This document shows, one piece after another, positions 56,445-64,000 of a stretch of 64,000 nucleotides of DNA (position 1 is the first letter of the stretch; each line of letters starts with the position of its first letter). A program made the position numbers and the translations under genes. The stretch lies in sequence record MW845759.1; one strand, 5' to 3'. The notes beneath the pieces were generated by a model. That model saw only the letters and a list, made by a program, of their open reading frames with translations, searched no databases and was not told the DNA's origin.

Positions 56445-56470
56445 AGGTCTAGGGGGCAACCCCTAGACCT
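56445..56470 (+). other. Intra-operon hairpin with a GCAA loop and no U tract
   Basis: aggtctagggg-gcaa-cccctagacct (11-bp stem). Confidence 0.75.
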
Positions 56471-56490
56471 ACACCGGGAGGTATCGCAGC

Positions 56491-58596
56491 ATGATTCTAC
56501 GTAAAGGTGACTGGGCCCGATATCCCGGTGCCATCATTCACAACACCACACGCAACAAGCACTTCTTGAAATTCGCCGACACGTTAAAGAAACTGAACGT
56601 GGAGCACTGGTATGTTCACTTGGCGCTGCATAACCCAGCGTTGGCAAACCTGAACCCGCATGACCCGAACCTGACTGTGAAAGAACAGATTATGGTGACG
56701 GAAGAATGCGCGGTCAACCCATGGTATTACTTCCGCGAATGTGTGCGTATCCCGGCGGACGGTTCAAACGGCGTGCCGTTCCGTATCGACCGTGGTAACT
56801 TCGCGATGTACTGGATTTTCTTTAACAACATTGACTCCGGGGTCGAGTTCCTGCGTCAGCACGGTAAGACCATCGGTATCTGTGGGTTAGAGAGCTGGCT
56901 GATTCGTTTCTTAGAGAACTCCCGTACCATTCACGTTACTCGTGGTCCTATCCTGCGCGAGGAAACGATTGTTACCCTGAAACGTATCCGTGATAACTTA
57001 CCGCCGTACTTGTGGCCACACCATCCTGATGACCCGGACAACAAAGAAGCATTCGCATGTCTGGCGCAAGGCAACAAACTGATTACCGCTATCGGTCAAA
57101 ACGACATCCCCTCTGCTAACGGCGTGGGTCGTGGACTGACTGCCGGTCGTCTTATCTCGGATGAAGGTCCGTTCACCAACAACATTCACCACATCTTACC
57201 TGCCGCCTTCGGTTCGGGTACAGCGGCCCGTCGTATCAACGAAGAGCACGGTGTGCCATATGGCAACGTCATCGCGACAACGCCGGGTGACCTTGCAACC
57301 GAAGAAGGGGTGTACATTCACAACCTGATGACATCAGGTATCGTATGGGACGAGCGTTACATTGACATCCCATCCCGTAAGATGTTGATTGACCTTATCA
57401 TCCGCAACGCAACATGTGAGCAACCCCGCTTGATCTTCTACGTCAAGTTGAACCACCGACAGCTGGGTACCTCGGATGCTGAATTAGCGGGAATGATATC
57501 GAACGCCACAGGTACACGTGACCAGATCCTCCGTGACTACGGTGGTACGTGGACAACAGGCGGGCTTAACAAGCCGTATAGCGAAGAAGATGCGCGTCGT
57601 ATGACGCAGTCGAGAATGTCTCCCGCATTCAAGGAAATCTCTTCGTCCGGTTATGTGTTAGATTGGTTCTACAAAGAATCTGAGCATGCGTCTAAGATGC
57701 GCACACGGCACATCATCGGTCTGGATACCTCGGAAGCTGTCGGGCGAGATGCCATTGGCTTTACGATGATCAATTCAGAGACCGCTGAGACTGCCGCAAA
57801 ACTGAACGTGAAAGAAACCAACGTCATCGGTTTTGCTAACTGGCTTGCTGGTTTCATGGAGAAATATACCAGCACAGTGTTAATCCTTGAGCGACGTTCT
57901 ACGGGGTCGTCTGTGGCAGACGCGTTATTGCTTGTGCTACAGAATAAAGTCCGCGACCTGCATCGTCGTATATTTGTTCGTGTTACTCAGGACTCGTCAC
58001 GTTACGATGACTTGTTCACGGAGTTCCGTCGAGGGCCGGGGTCAGTGCCTGAGAGGTTCTGGGATAAGTTCCGCAAATATATTGGATTCTCTACGGACCA
58101 GGATAAACGTCGTAAGCTTTACGGTGAAGTCTTCACCATGGCTCTACGCATTTCGGCCCACTTAATAAGGTCCGGTGAGTTAATCGACCAGATCTTAGGC
58201 TTAGTGGAAAGAGGCGGCCGCATCGACCACGTACGTTCGGGGCACGATGACTTGGTAATCTCTTGGCTGTTGGCTATGTGGCTTTTAATCTTCGGCAAGA
58301 ACCTCGGACATTATGAGATTTCTAACCACCGTGTGATGATACGTCATCAGAACATGGTTACCGGGCGGAAAGATGATGATGAAGAGAAACAACTGCAGGA
58401 AGAGCAAGAGCAGCGGGAGCTGATGGTTAAGATTGAAGCTTTGTCACGTGATATTCAGGCAACCCGGTGCCCAGTGAAAACCATGAGTCTGCGAGCGAAA
58501 CTGCAGTCGCTGGTTGGGGACCTCAACACTGACCTTCAGAATGTCGCAACGATGGAGTCCTTAAAAGAGCTCCTCGCACGGCAGAGGATGAAATGA
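56491..58596 (+). CDS. terL: Terminase large subunit
   Basis: Walker A RQHGKT, GRG, Walker B LISDE, nuclease IGLDTS and HDDLVIS. Confidence 0.93.
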   Translation: MILRKGDWARYPGAIIHNTTRNKHFLKFADTLKKLNVEHWYVHLALHNPALANLNPHDPNLTVKEQIMVTEECAVNPWYYFRECVRIPADGSNGVPFRIDRGNFAMYWIFFNNIDSGVEFLRQHGKTIGICGLESWLIRFLENSRTIHVTRGPILREETIVTLKRIRDNLPPYLWPHHPDDPDNKEAFACLAQGNKLITAIGQNDIPSANGVGRGLTAGRLISDEGPFTNNIHHILPAAFGSGTAARRINEEHGVPYGNVIATTPGDLATEEGVYIHNLMTSGIVWDERYIDIPSRKMLIDLIIRNATCEQPRLIFYVKLNHRQLGTSDAELAGMISNATGTRDQILRDYGGTWTTGGLNKPYSEEDARRMTQSRMSPAFKEISSSGYVLDWFYKESEHASKMRTRHIIGLDTSEAVGRDAIGFTMINSETAETAAKLNVKETNVIGFANWLAGFMEKYTSTVLILERRSTGSSVADALLLVLQNKVRDLHRRIFVRVTQDSSRYDDLFTEFRRGPGSVPERFWDKFRKYIGFSTDQDKRRKLYGEVFTMALRISAHLIRSGELIDQILGLVERGGRIDHVRSGHDDLVISWLLAMWLLIFGKNLGHYEISNHRVMIRHQNMVTGRKDDDEEKQLQEEQEQRELMVKIEALSRDIQATRCPVKTMSLRAKLQSLVGDLNTDLQNVATMESLKELLARQRMK

Positions 58597-58838
58597 TGAC
58601 TACAGCTTTTGTATCTGCGATATTAGTGATTTGGCTTTGTGTCGCTTTTGGGTTACGTCACTCGGTCGGGATTATCCGAGCGGGCGAAGTGGCCATTGGA
58701 CGCACGAAAGAACAGCTTAATCGCAAAGCATTAACGTTAGTCGTTTTTACAATCAGTACGAGCGCGGGCATGACGTACGTTATGACGCAAATCTACTTCC
58801 TGCATCAGACCACCTTACAGCTTGCGGGAAATATGTAA
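58593..58838 (+). CDS. Small 2-TM membrane protein
   Basis: ATGA coupling to terL; two hydrophobic segments. Confidence 0.65.
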   Translation: MMTTAFVSAILVIWLCVAFGLRHSVGIIRAGEVAIGRTKEQLNRKALTLVVFTISTSAGMTYVMTQIYFLHQTTLQLAGNM

Positions 58839-58884
58839 TTTCCCTTTAAAAACAACTGGTTCCTCTATTATGGAGGAATAACAG

Positions 58885-59076
58885 ATGTTATTGTACTTGA
58901 ACGTCTGGCTTTGGCTCTACTGCACTTCGGTGTTGGTTTGGCTCGGGTTGGAACAAGCTGCAGACATGGTGAAGCCCACACCGCCTCCTGATAACTACTC
59001 GTTGCGAAAAGCGCGTAACCTTCTGGGGATAAAGTACCGCGTGCCTAAGGTGTACGTATGGACTTGTGGGCACTAA
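58885..59076 (+). CDS. Small membrane protein
   Basis: GGAGGA RBS; hydrophobic N-terminus; followed by a terminator. Confidence 0.65.
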   Translation: MLLYLNVWLWLYCTSVLVWLGLEQAADMVKPTPPPDNYSLRKARNLLGIKYRVPKVYVWTCGH

Positions 59077-59077
59077 G

Positions 59078-59116
59078 AGAGAGGACTTCGGTCCTCTCTT
59101 CTTATTTTATTTTTTT
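59078..59116 (+). terminator. Intrinsic terminator, UUCG loop
   Basis: agagaggac-ttcg-gtcctctct followed by a T tract. Confidence 0.85.
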
Positions 59117-59118
59117 AC

Positions 59119-59138
59119 GGATATATGTTACAGGTATG
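59119..59138 (+). promoter_or_regulatory. Putative early phage promoter motif
   Basis: ggATATATGTTACaggtATG. Confidence 0.6.
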
Positions 59139-59164
59139 ACAAGTAATATTTATTTGGAGAAATC

Positions 59165-59752
59165 ATGTTAACTCATCTGACTGCTAAGTACATTTATTTT
59201 AAAGACAAGGTAGACCTGCTAGCCTGCGAACTGGATTACATGTCCGCTGTCAATTGGGGCACCATCAAAGGACACCACCCGAAAGCAATCATGGGTACGC
59301 AATACCAGTACCTACTGGGTCAGCGTAAAGACGGGGAGTTGGAAATTATACCGATGATTTACAGTGGTAGTCGACACCATTTGAATATCGACCCGCGTGA
59401 ACACGATGTCGCGAGTTTGTTCAGTTCACTACTGTTGGTGCAAGAGAGTATGGTCCTTGAGATTTCTCACCCTATTGATACCACCATCATGGACACGCCT
59501 ATCAACCAGCAGGAGTTCACTAACGCACATACCGCGGCGGTTGACCACAGCAGACCTCAGACCTTTATGTTCATTGACGCGCGCTCATGGATGACCGACC
59601 TGATGGAAGTTATTACCTGCCACCGGAAACACAGACACCTCCATGTTAATGTGTCCCACGACTACCTTGACCCGGGTGGAGCAGTGATGCGCAACCTCGA
59701 CCAAATGGGTTTTGTTGGTCGTCGTTCTTTCACGACCATGATTCTAACTTAG
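59165..59752 (+). CDS. Hypothetical protein
   Basis: GGAG RBS; monocistronic between a promoter motif and a terminator. Confidence 0.75.
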   Translation: MLTHLTAKYIYFKDKVDLLACELDYMSAVNWGTIKGHHPKAIMGTQYQYLLGQRKDGELEIIPMIYSGSRHHLNIDPREHDVASLFSSLLLVQESMVLEISHPIDTTIMDTPINQQEFTNAHTAAVDHSRPQTFMFIDARSWMTDLMEVITCHRKHRHLHVNVSHDYLDPGGAVMRNLDQMGFVGRRSFTTMILT

Positions 59753-59775
59753 GGGCTTCGGCCCCTTTCTTTTTT
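59751..59775 (+). terminator. Intrinsic terminator, UUCG loop
   Basis: aggggc-ttcg-gcccct followed by a T tract. Confidence 0.8.
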
Positions 59776-59780
59776 GCCTG

Positions 59781-59815
59781 AAAAAAGAAAAGCCCTACCT
59801 CACGAAGAGGTAGGG
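59781..59815 (-). terminator. Intrinsic terminator for the 59823..61145 gene
   Basis: Minus strand ccctacctc-ttcgt-gaggtaggg followed by a T tract. Confidence 0.8.
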
Positions 59816-59822
59816 TGTGGCA

Positions 59823-61145
59823 TCAATGGTTAACTGATGCCAAGGCGCGTATCATGAAATAAAGCAGCAAGGCGTTTCGCAAAGCCGCAAGGTCTGCGTC
59901 ACGACGCAAGTGCGTGTGTTTCTTGGCTAACTTTTCAATCCTGCTACGGAGGGTCAGAATATAGGGATCGGTTGTTTTCGATGCCATGTATAAAGCGCGC
60001 AGCTTATTCAACAGGAAAGCCACGTCGGTAAAGTTAACGCGGTTGGTGGTCACATAGTCAAACGCATGAGTGAGGGTGTCAATCATGATTTGTTCTATCT
60101 CACCACGTTCTTTACCATACGGCAGACTGGTGATATAAACGATGATGGTCTTCAGAGCGTTTGGGGACGCCTTAGGGACGATTTCTAACACAACCCGGGC
60201 TAACTCCTCCTTGTACATGTTTGAAAGCGACATAGAGGCTTCCAGGAGGTTTTGCTTAGCGGTGTTAAACGCGCTGACCTTATCACGCAGGATAGTCTCC
60301 CCGTTAACGTCCACCATTGCCGACTGAACCAACATACGTGAGTTATCACGACGCACCACATCGAGGATGGCGTAGTAGTCTTTCACGGTCTGTTTGGTTC
60401 GCGTGTTCAAGTCCGAAATAAAGTAGATAATCTTCGGGGTGTCCTGAAAACGCTTGATGTTGTCGTAGTGTGGCGATTCCTTCGACACGAAATACTCAGC
60501 ACGGGCACGGATGTGTTTACCCCACGCGCCGACCTGTTTGATATCGAACTTCATGGAGAGCGCAGCGTACGTGGCTTCTGCCGCCGGTAAGTCTACCGGG
60601 CGCTTAAAGAAGTGCGAGTAGATAGACGTGTAGAATTTAAACTGCAGCAATTCGACTAACGACACGATGGCATCATATGCTAATTTGTCTTTGTCGATTA
60701 TCGACAAATAACGATGCACTAGATACACCACAGTTAAGTTAAAGACGTCCCCGGTAACATTCCATTCCATCACCATGTCTGAAAGCTTTTTATCATTCAG
60801 TAATTCGGTCAGGTAATCTTCATCGACTTGGATTACTTCATCAAAGAAACGGTCACGGTCAGTGTCGTAGAAACGGATGGTGTGCACGCCTAACAAGGCG
60901 GAACCAAACCACTCCACGTTCGTATCACGGCTAAAGATGGTTGACACGTAATGCAGAATGCGTTTGTGCAGACGAACATCAATGGTTATTTTGCTGAACA
61001 ACTGGTCGTAGATTTTGCGCACGGAAGACGGCATCGCCGATTCGGTGCCGAGTACCCGATTTGATAACTCGTACAAACCTGTCGTAAAGTTGTAGCGTAG
61101 CGGCTCGTCTTGGGTATCCCAAGACGGCGGGTCGTAAGTGCGCAT
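59823..61145 (-). CDS. Conserved phiKZ-like virion (head) protein
   Basis: 440-aa helical ORF; N-terminal GTE site compatible with protease processing; synteny near the terminase. Confidence 0.65.
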   Translation of the reverse strand: MRTYDPPSWDTQDEPLRYNFTTGLYELSNRVLGTESAMPSSVRKIYDQLFSKITIDVRLHKRILHYVSTIFSRDTNVEWFGSALLGVHTIRFYDTDRDRFFDEVIQVDEDYLTELLNDKKLSDMVMEWNVTGDVFNLTVVYLVHRYLSIIDKDKLAYDAIVSLVELLQFKFYTSIYSHFFKRPVDLPAAEATYAALSMKFDIKQVGAWGKHIRARAEYFVSKESPHYDNIKRFQDTPKIIYFISDLNTRTKQTVKDYYAILDVVRRDNSRMLVQSAMVDVNGETILRDKVSAFNTAKQNLLEASMSLSNMYKEELARVVLEIVPKASPNALKTIIVYITSLPYGKERGEIEQIMIDTLTHAFDYVTTNRVNFTDVAFLLNKLRALYMASKTTDPYILTLRSRIEKLAKKHTHLRRDADLAALRNALLLYFMIRALASVNH

Positions 61146-61174
61146 AGCTTACCCTTAATTGTGAAAAGATTTTC

Positions 61175-61193
61175 GGATATATGTAATTACGTG
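61175..61193 (+). promoter_or_regulatory. Putative early phage promoter motif
   Basis: ggATATATGTAATtacGTG. Confidence 0.55.
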
Positions 61194-61215
61194 ACATTCA
61201 ATTGGAGCTATTAAA

Positions 61216-62391
61216 ATGATTAGAGATTACTTGAAGAAAACTGACTGGTCCAACCGCGTTGGAAACATCATTCCTGAAAACGAACCGGTTGAACTCTGGG
61301 TCTATCCCCATGGTTGCGTCTGCTCTGTAAAACGGGTAGACGGCATCTCTGTTATTCAGAACGGGCATTACACCGCGGTTAATACGACGTTGGGTAACAT
61401 GCTCCTCGACGCTGGCATCGAAGGCGAGTTCATTCTGTACTCGACTGAAGCCATTCCACAGAACACCTCCCGTTGGCTGACTTGGTGGTTAAGCAATCAG
61501 CCGGGCCCTGACGATGAAAAGCTGCCGACTATTCAGGTTACCACGTTTGGCACCATTCCGAAGAAAACCTTGCCGTTCCAAGTGACGGTGATTCGTCCAC
61601 AACTGATGCGTGCCACGGAAGTCACCCCAACGGTGATGACTAAATCTCGTGACCGTCGGGTGAGCATCTTCATTGTGAAACGCAGCAATGGCGAAGCGTA
61701 CGAGCTGGAACCAACCCGTCGTGTGGATGCAACGATTCTGTCGTACACCGACTACGGGTTCATTGTGCGCTGTGCAGCAGACAACGCCATCTTCCGGGTT
61801 CCGCGTATTGCCCGTCGGGTCATGGATGCGCTGAACCGTGCCCGGGTCTCCGCAAAAGACCTGTGCGGTCAGAAGGTTACCGTGCAGTACACCATGAAGA
61901 CGGAAGGGCTGCGCCTGTCCAGTTATAAGTCACCGCTGTTGCTGCGGGCGCACGGTCTCGACGAAATTGAAGTCGACGAAACCGATGTTCCCTCATACGA
62001 AAAACAATACCCGTTTAATTACGCCCCGAGCGTAAAATCGGGTAGCCTGACCCCGACCCGTTGCTCTCGTGCTTCTATCCGTAAAACGGAGAACGGCATT
62101 GAAGGTTACGAAGACGGGACCAGTACAATTCTGTTCACCCTGAAGCCAACGGTTGAGTTTGGGCAGTACGCCACGACCATGTCCAAAGGCGATGGATTAG
62201 AAGTGTGGGCCTTCGAAAGCGACTTCGCTATCGACAGCTTAAACCCGAAAGCCTTCGCACGTTGTGTGTCGGACGCTATCTTCCAAGAGACCGGCTATTC
62301 GCTGGACGCCTTGGGCCTGTACTACTCGACTCCGGAAGGCACCTGGATTGGTGACCGTTCTCTGGCAAGCGAAGCAGTCGCTGTCGCTTAA
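61216..62391 (+). CDS. Conserved hypothetical protein, possible inactive ATP-dependent ligase fold
   Basis: GGAG RBS; degenerate ligase motifs and an OB-like segment; the fold call is inference. Confidence 0.7.
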   Translation: MIRDYLKKTDWSNRVGNIIPENEPVELWVYPHGCVCSVKRVDGISVIQNGHYTAVNTTLGNMLLDAGIEGEFILYSTEAIPQNTSRWLTWWLSNQPGPDDEKLPTIQVTTFGTIPKKTLPFQVTVIRPQLMRATEVTPTVMTKSRDRRVSIFIVKRSNGEAYELEPTRRVDATILSYTDYGFIVRCAADNAIFRVPRIARRVMDALNRARVSAKDLCGQKVTVQYTMKTEGLRLSSYKSPLLLRAHGLDEIEVDETDVPSYEKQYPFNYAPSVKSGSLTPTRCSRASIRKTENGIEGYEDGTSTILFTLKPTVEFGQYATTMSKGDGLEVWAFESDFAIDSLNPKAFARCVSDAIFQETGYSLDALGLYYSTPEGTWIGDRSLASEAVAVA

Positions 62392-62415
62392 CCCCTATTA
62401 GATATCGAGGTTTCT

Positions 62416-62937
62416 ATGACTATCGCCCTGAGTGTTGGCTCTGAACACTTTAAACTGAAAACGGCTATTAGCTTTAAATTCAATCCTAACTGGATGCTGT
62501 TCAATAACCGCGCTAATCGTAAGGCGGTCATTAGCAAGTTCACTGATGTTATCGAAGGCGGTGATTTCGTCATTGTCGAGCGCACCATGGTTGTTGATGG
62601 TGACTGCACCAGTGATTCGTTTATCTTTGAGAAAGCATTCTTTAAGAAGCTTCCAGTGCAAGACTTCATCTTGTGGGATGAATCTAAGCAGCAACATAAA
62701 GTGGATGGGATTTGGCGCAACATCGGTAACGTGAGTTATCGCCTGCGTTACATTCTGGTTACCACGCTGCATCGCGAGCGTATTCACACCCAGCCGTTTG
62801 CAGGGGCGAGTTACATCGATTCATTAGTCATGAATACCGTGGTCAAGGAACTCTCTTACACTAAAGCAATGGAGCAGCTTCAGCTTACTGAAGACCAGCG
62901 CCACGCATTAGCAAAGAAAGCAGGCTGTAAAAAGTAA
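62416..62937 (+). CDS. Hypothetical protein
   Basis: GAGG RBS; followed by a terminator. Confidence 0.75.
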   Translation: MTIALSVGSEHFKLKTAISFKFNPNWMLFNNRANRKAVISKFTDVIEGGDFVIVERTMVVDGDCTSDSFIFEKAFFKKLPVQDFILWDESKQQHKVDGIWRNIGNVSYRLRYILVTTLHRERIHTQPFAGASYIDSLVMNTVVKELSYTKAMEQLQLTEDQRHALAKKAGCKK

Positions 62938-62943
62938 TTGGAC

Positions 62944-62973
62944 AGGTACCCTTCGGGGTACCTTTCTTTTTTT
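62944..62973 (+). terminator. Intrinsic terminator, UUCG loop
   Basis: aggtaccc-ttcg-gggtacct followed by a T tract. Confidence 0.85.
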
Positions 62974-62981
62974 GATCTGAC

Positions 62982-63014
62982 AAAAAAGAAAGTCCTCCCC
63001 AAGAAGGGGAGGAC
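62982..63014 (-). terminator. Minus-strand intrinsic terminator with no annotated upstream gene
   Basis: Minus strand gtcctcccc-ttctt-ggggaggac-tttctttttt. Confidence 0.75.
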
Positions 63015-63071
63015 AGTTCCCGGTAAGCGAGGGAACATTTGAAAAAGACATATCTCGAAGTTCACCTGCTG

Positions 63072-63209
63072 CTACAGGCTCACTCCTATACCGGCTAGAA
63101 GCAACGCAATACTTCCAGCATAATAAGCAGAACAGTTGTAAAAAAAGTTCTGGGACTTCACCGTCCCGGTGTCCCGTTTCGTCTGTTTCTTACATTTTTT
63201 ACAACACAT
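63072..63209 (-). CDS. Candidate 45-aa peptide MCCKKCKKQTKRDTGTVKSQNFFYNCSAYYAGSIALLLAGIGVSL
   Basis: AAGGA RBS just upstream of ATG; C-terminal hydrophobic helix; would account for the orphan minus-strand terminator. Confidence 0.4.
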   Translation of the reverse strand: MCCKKCKKQTKRDTGTVKSQNFFYNCSAYYAGSIALLLAGIGVSL

Positions 63210-63376
63210 TCTTATCCTTTGGAAGGGGGGATCAAGGGGGGATGGATAAATTTGTTATTAGTTATAATGGATAATTAGATTGAAATGAATGAGTAATTGA
63301 TTGTATCAATTAGGAATGAATGGTAATCGTAATTAGACAGTTAACTAATACCCTACGTGAAGAGTTGGTTAAGTAA

Positions 63377-63413
63377 GGTATCCTGTAAGGGATACCGTTA
63401 TTGCTTATTTTTT
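63377..63413 (+). terminator. Plus-strand terminator-like hairpin preceding a promoter motif
   Basis: ggtatcct-gtaa-gggatacc followed by gttattgcttatttttt. Confidence 0.55.
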
Positions 63414-63414
63414 C

Positions 63415-63434
63415 GGATATATGTTACTTCCATG
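63415..63434 (+). promoter_or_regulatory. Putative early phage promoter motif
   Basis: ggATATATGTTACttccATG. Confidence 0.6.
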
Positions 63435-63479
63435 AGAACTAACCTTCTTAACCTATCAAACAACATGGAGATTTCACTT

Positions 63480-63923
63480 ATGAAACTATACTTAGTAACC
63501 AACGACGAACAAACCCAAATCATCGAGTCCTGTTTCACTGCGAACATCAGTAAGCGCGGTGACCTTTACAAAGAAACCTTACTGGCGGCGGAGCGTAAGC
63601 TTGCTCGTCTGTCACTGCAGCCTACCTGTCGTCAGATTTACCTGTTACAGGAAGTGCTGGACAAAGAAGGGAACTACCGCTATACGCTGTTCGTTCCTAC
63701 CGAACCTCGTGTCGAGTTAACCAACATCGATACTGACCGTACGTATATTGAGCAGGGGGAAGAAGTTCTCTGGTGCAAAGGAGACGAAAACCGTGCCTGT
63801 CGTTTCTTTGCTCTCATCCGTACACCTTTTAATCAAGTCCGCGAACACGGGTTTGGTGAAGCCATGGGCGAAGGTTTGCATTCTACTCAGTTGCTGGTTC
63901 ACATCGCAGACAACTGGAATTAA
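63480..63923 (+). CDS. Hypothetical protein
   Basis: GGAG RBS before ATG 63480; the track's upstream extension runs through the promoter motif. Confidence 0.75.
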   Translation: MKLYLVTNDEQTQIIESCFTANISKRGDLYKETLLAAERKLARLSLQPTCRQIYLLQEVLDKEGNYRYTLFVPTEPRVELTNIDTDRTYIEQGEEVLWCKGDENRACRFFALIRTPFNQVREHGFGEAMGEGLHSTQLLVHIADNWN

Positions 63924-63929
63924 TACCCC

Positions 63930-63952
63930 GGGGTAGCAATACCCCTTTTTCT
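63930..63952 (+). terminator. Intrinsic terminator, GCAA loop
   Basis: ggggta-gcaa-tacccc-tttttct. Confidence 0.7.
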
Positions 63953-64000
63953 ATTCTTAAACTTGGAGCATTCAATTATGTTACTTAATCTTGTTACTCC

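Noticed and set aside
63221-63245. G-quadruplex
   Set aside because: Only two long G runs plus short GG units, which is not a convincing four-tract motif.
63357-63479. N-terminal extensions in the ORF track (also 1436, 6239, 19833, 24210, 24610, 51287)
   Set aside because: They run through promoter motifs, terminators or upstream genes; downstream ATGs have clear RBSs.
1-64000. tRNA, rRNA, CRISPR array, transposase, integrase, intron or homing endonuclease
   Set aside because: No cloverleaf, spaced direct-repeat array or mobile-element motif was recognised by eye. The RNAP and terminase ORFs are uninterrupted and of the expected length. tRNAscan, CRISPR finders and Infernal were not run.
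63978-64000. Start of another gene (GGAG RBS, ATG at 63978)
   Set aside because: Only 7 codons fall inside the window, so it cannot be supported or characterised.

Overview
This window is a 64-kb segment of a phiKZ-like (nucleus-forming, Chimalliviridae-type) jumbo myophage of about 50% GC. Gene order and content resemble the SPN3US/Erwinia jumbo phage group. Core genes: SbcC ATPase (partial), RNase H, DEDD exonuclease, UvsX, four pieces of the split virion RNA polymerase (beta-N, beta-C, catalytic beta'-N, beta'-C), a 2477-aa tail tape-measure/lytic transglycosylase, prohead protease, tail tube, tail sheath, three baseplate-type proteins and the large terminase. It also encodes a signal-peptide transglycosylase and a two-component spanin. 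Accessory genes sit behind a recurring ATAT(A/G)TTAYC promoter-like motif. The most notable observations are: (1) an operon of three tandem divergent paralogs with a pattern resembling the DUF1874/AcrIII-1 ring-nuclease fold but lacking its catalytic His; (2) a dispersed ADP-ribosylation toolkit (DarG-like macrodomain, NADAR, ART-like protein); (3) a CYTH enzyme with a head-protease-type propeptide; (4) a ligase-fold protein lacking the catalytic Lys; (5) a 540-bp intergenic region with orphan terminators, a hidden 45-codon ORF and a C-free AT-rich tract. No tRNA, rRNA, CRISPR array or mobile element was found. All family assignments come from motif reading and recalled family consensus; no database search was run. 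Several starts were moved from the ORF track to the ATG with the best ribosome-binding site (RBS).
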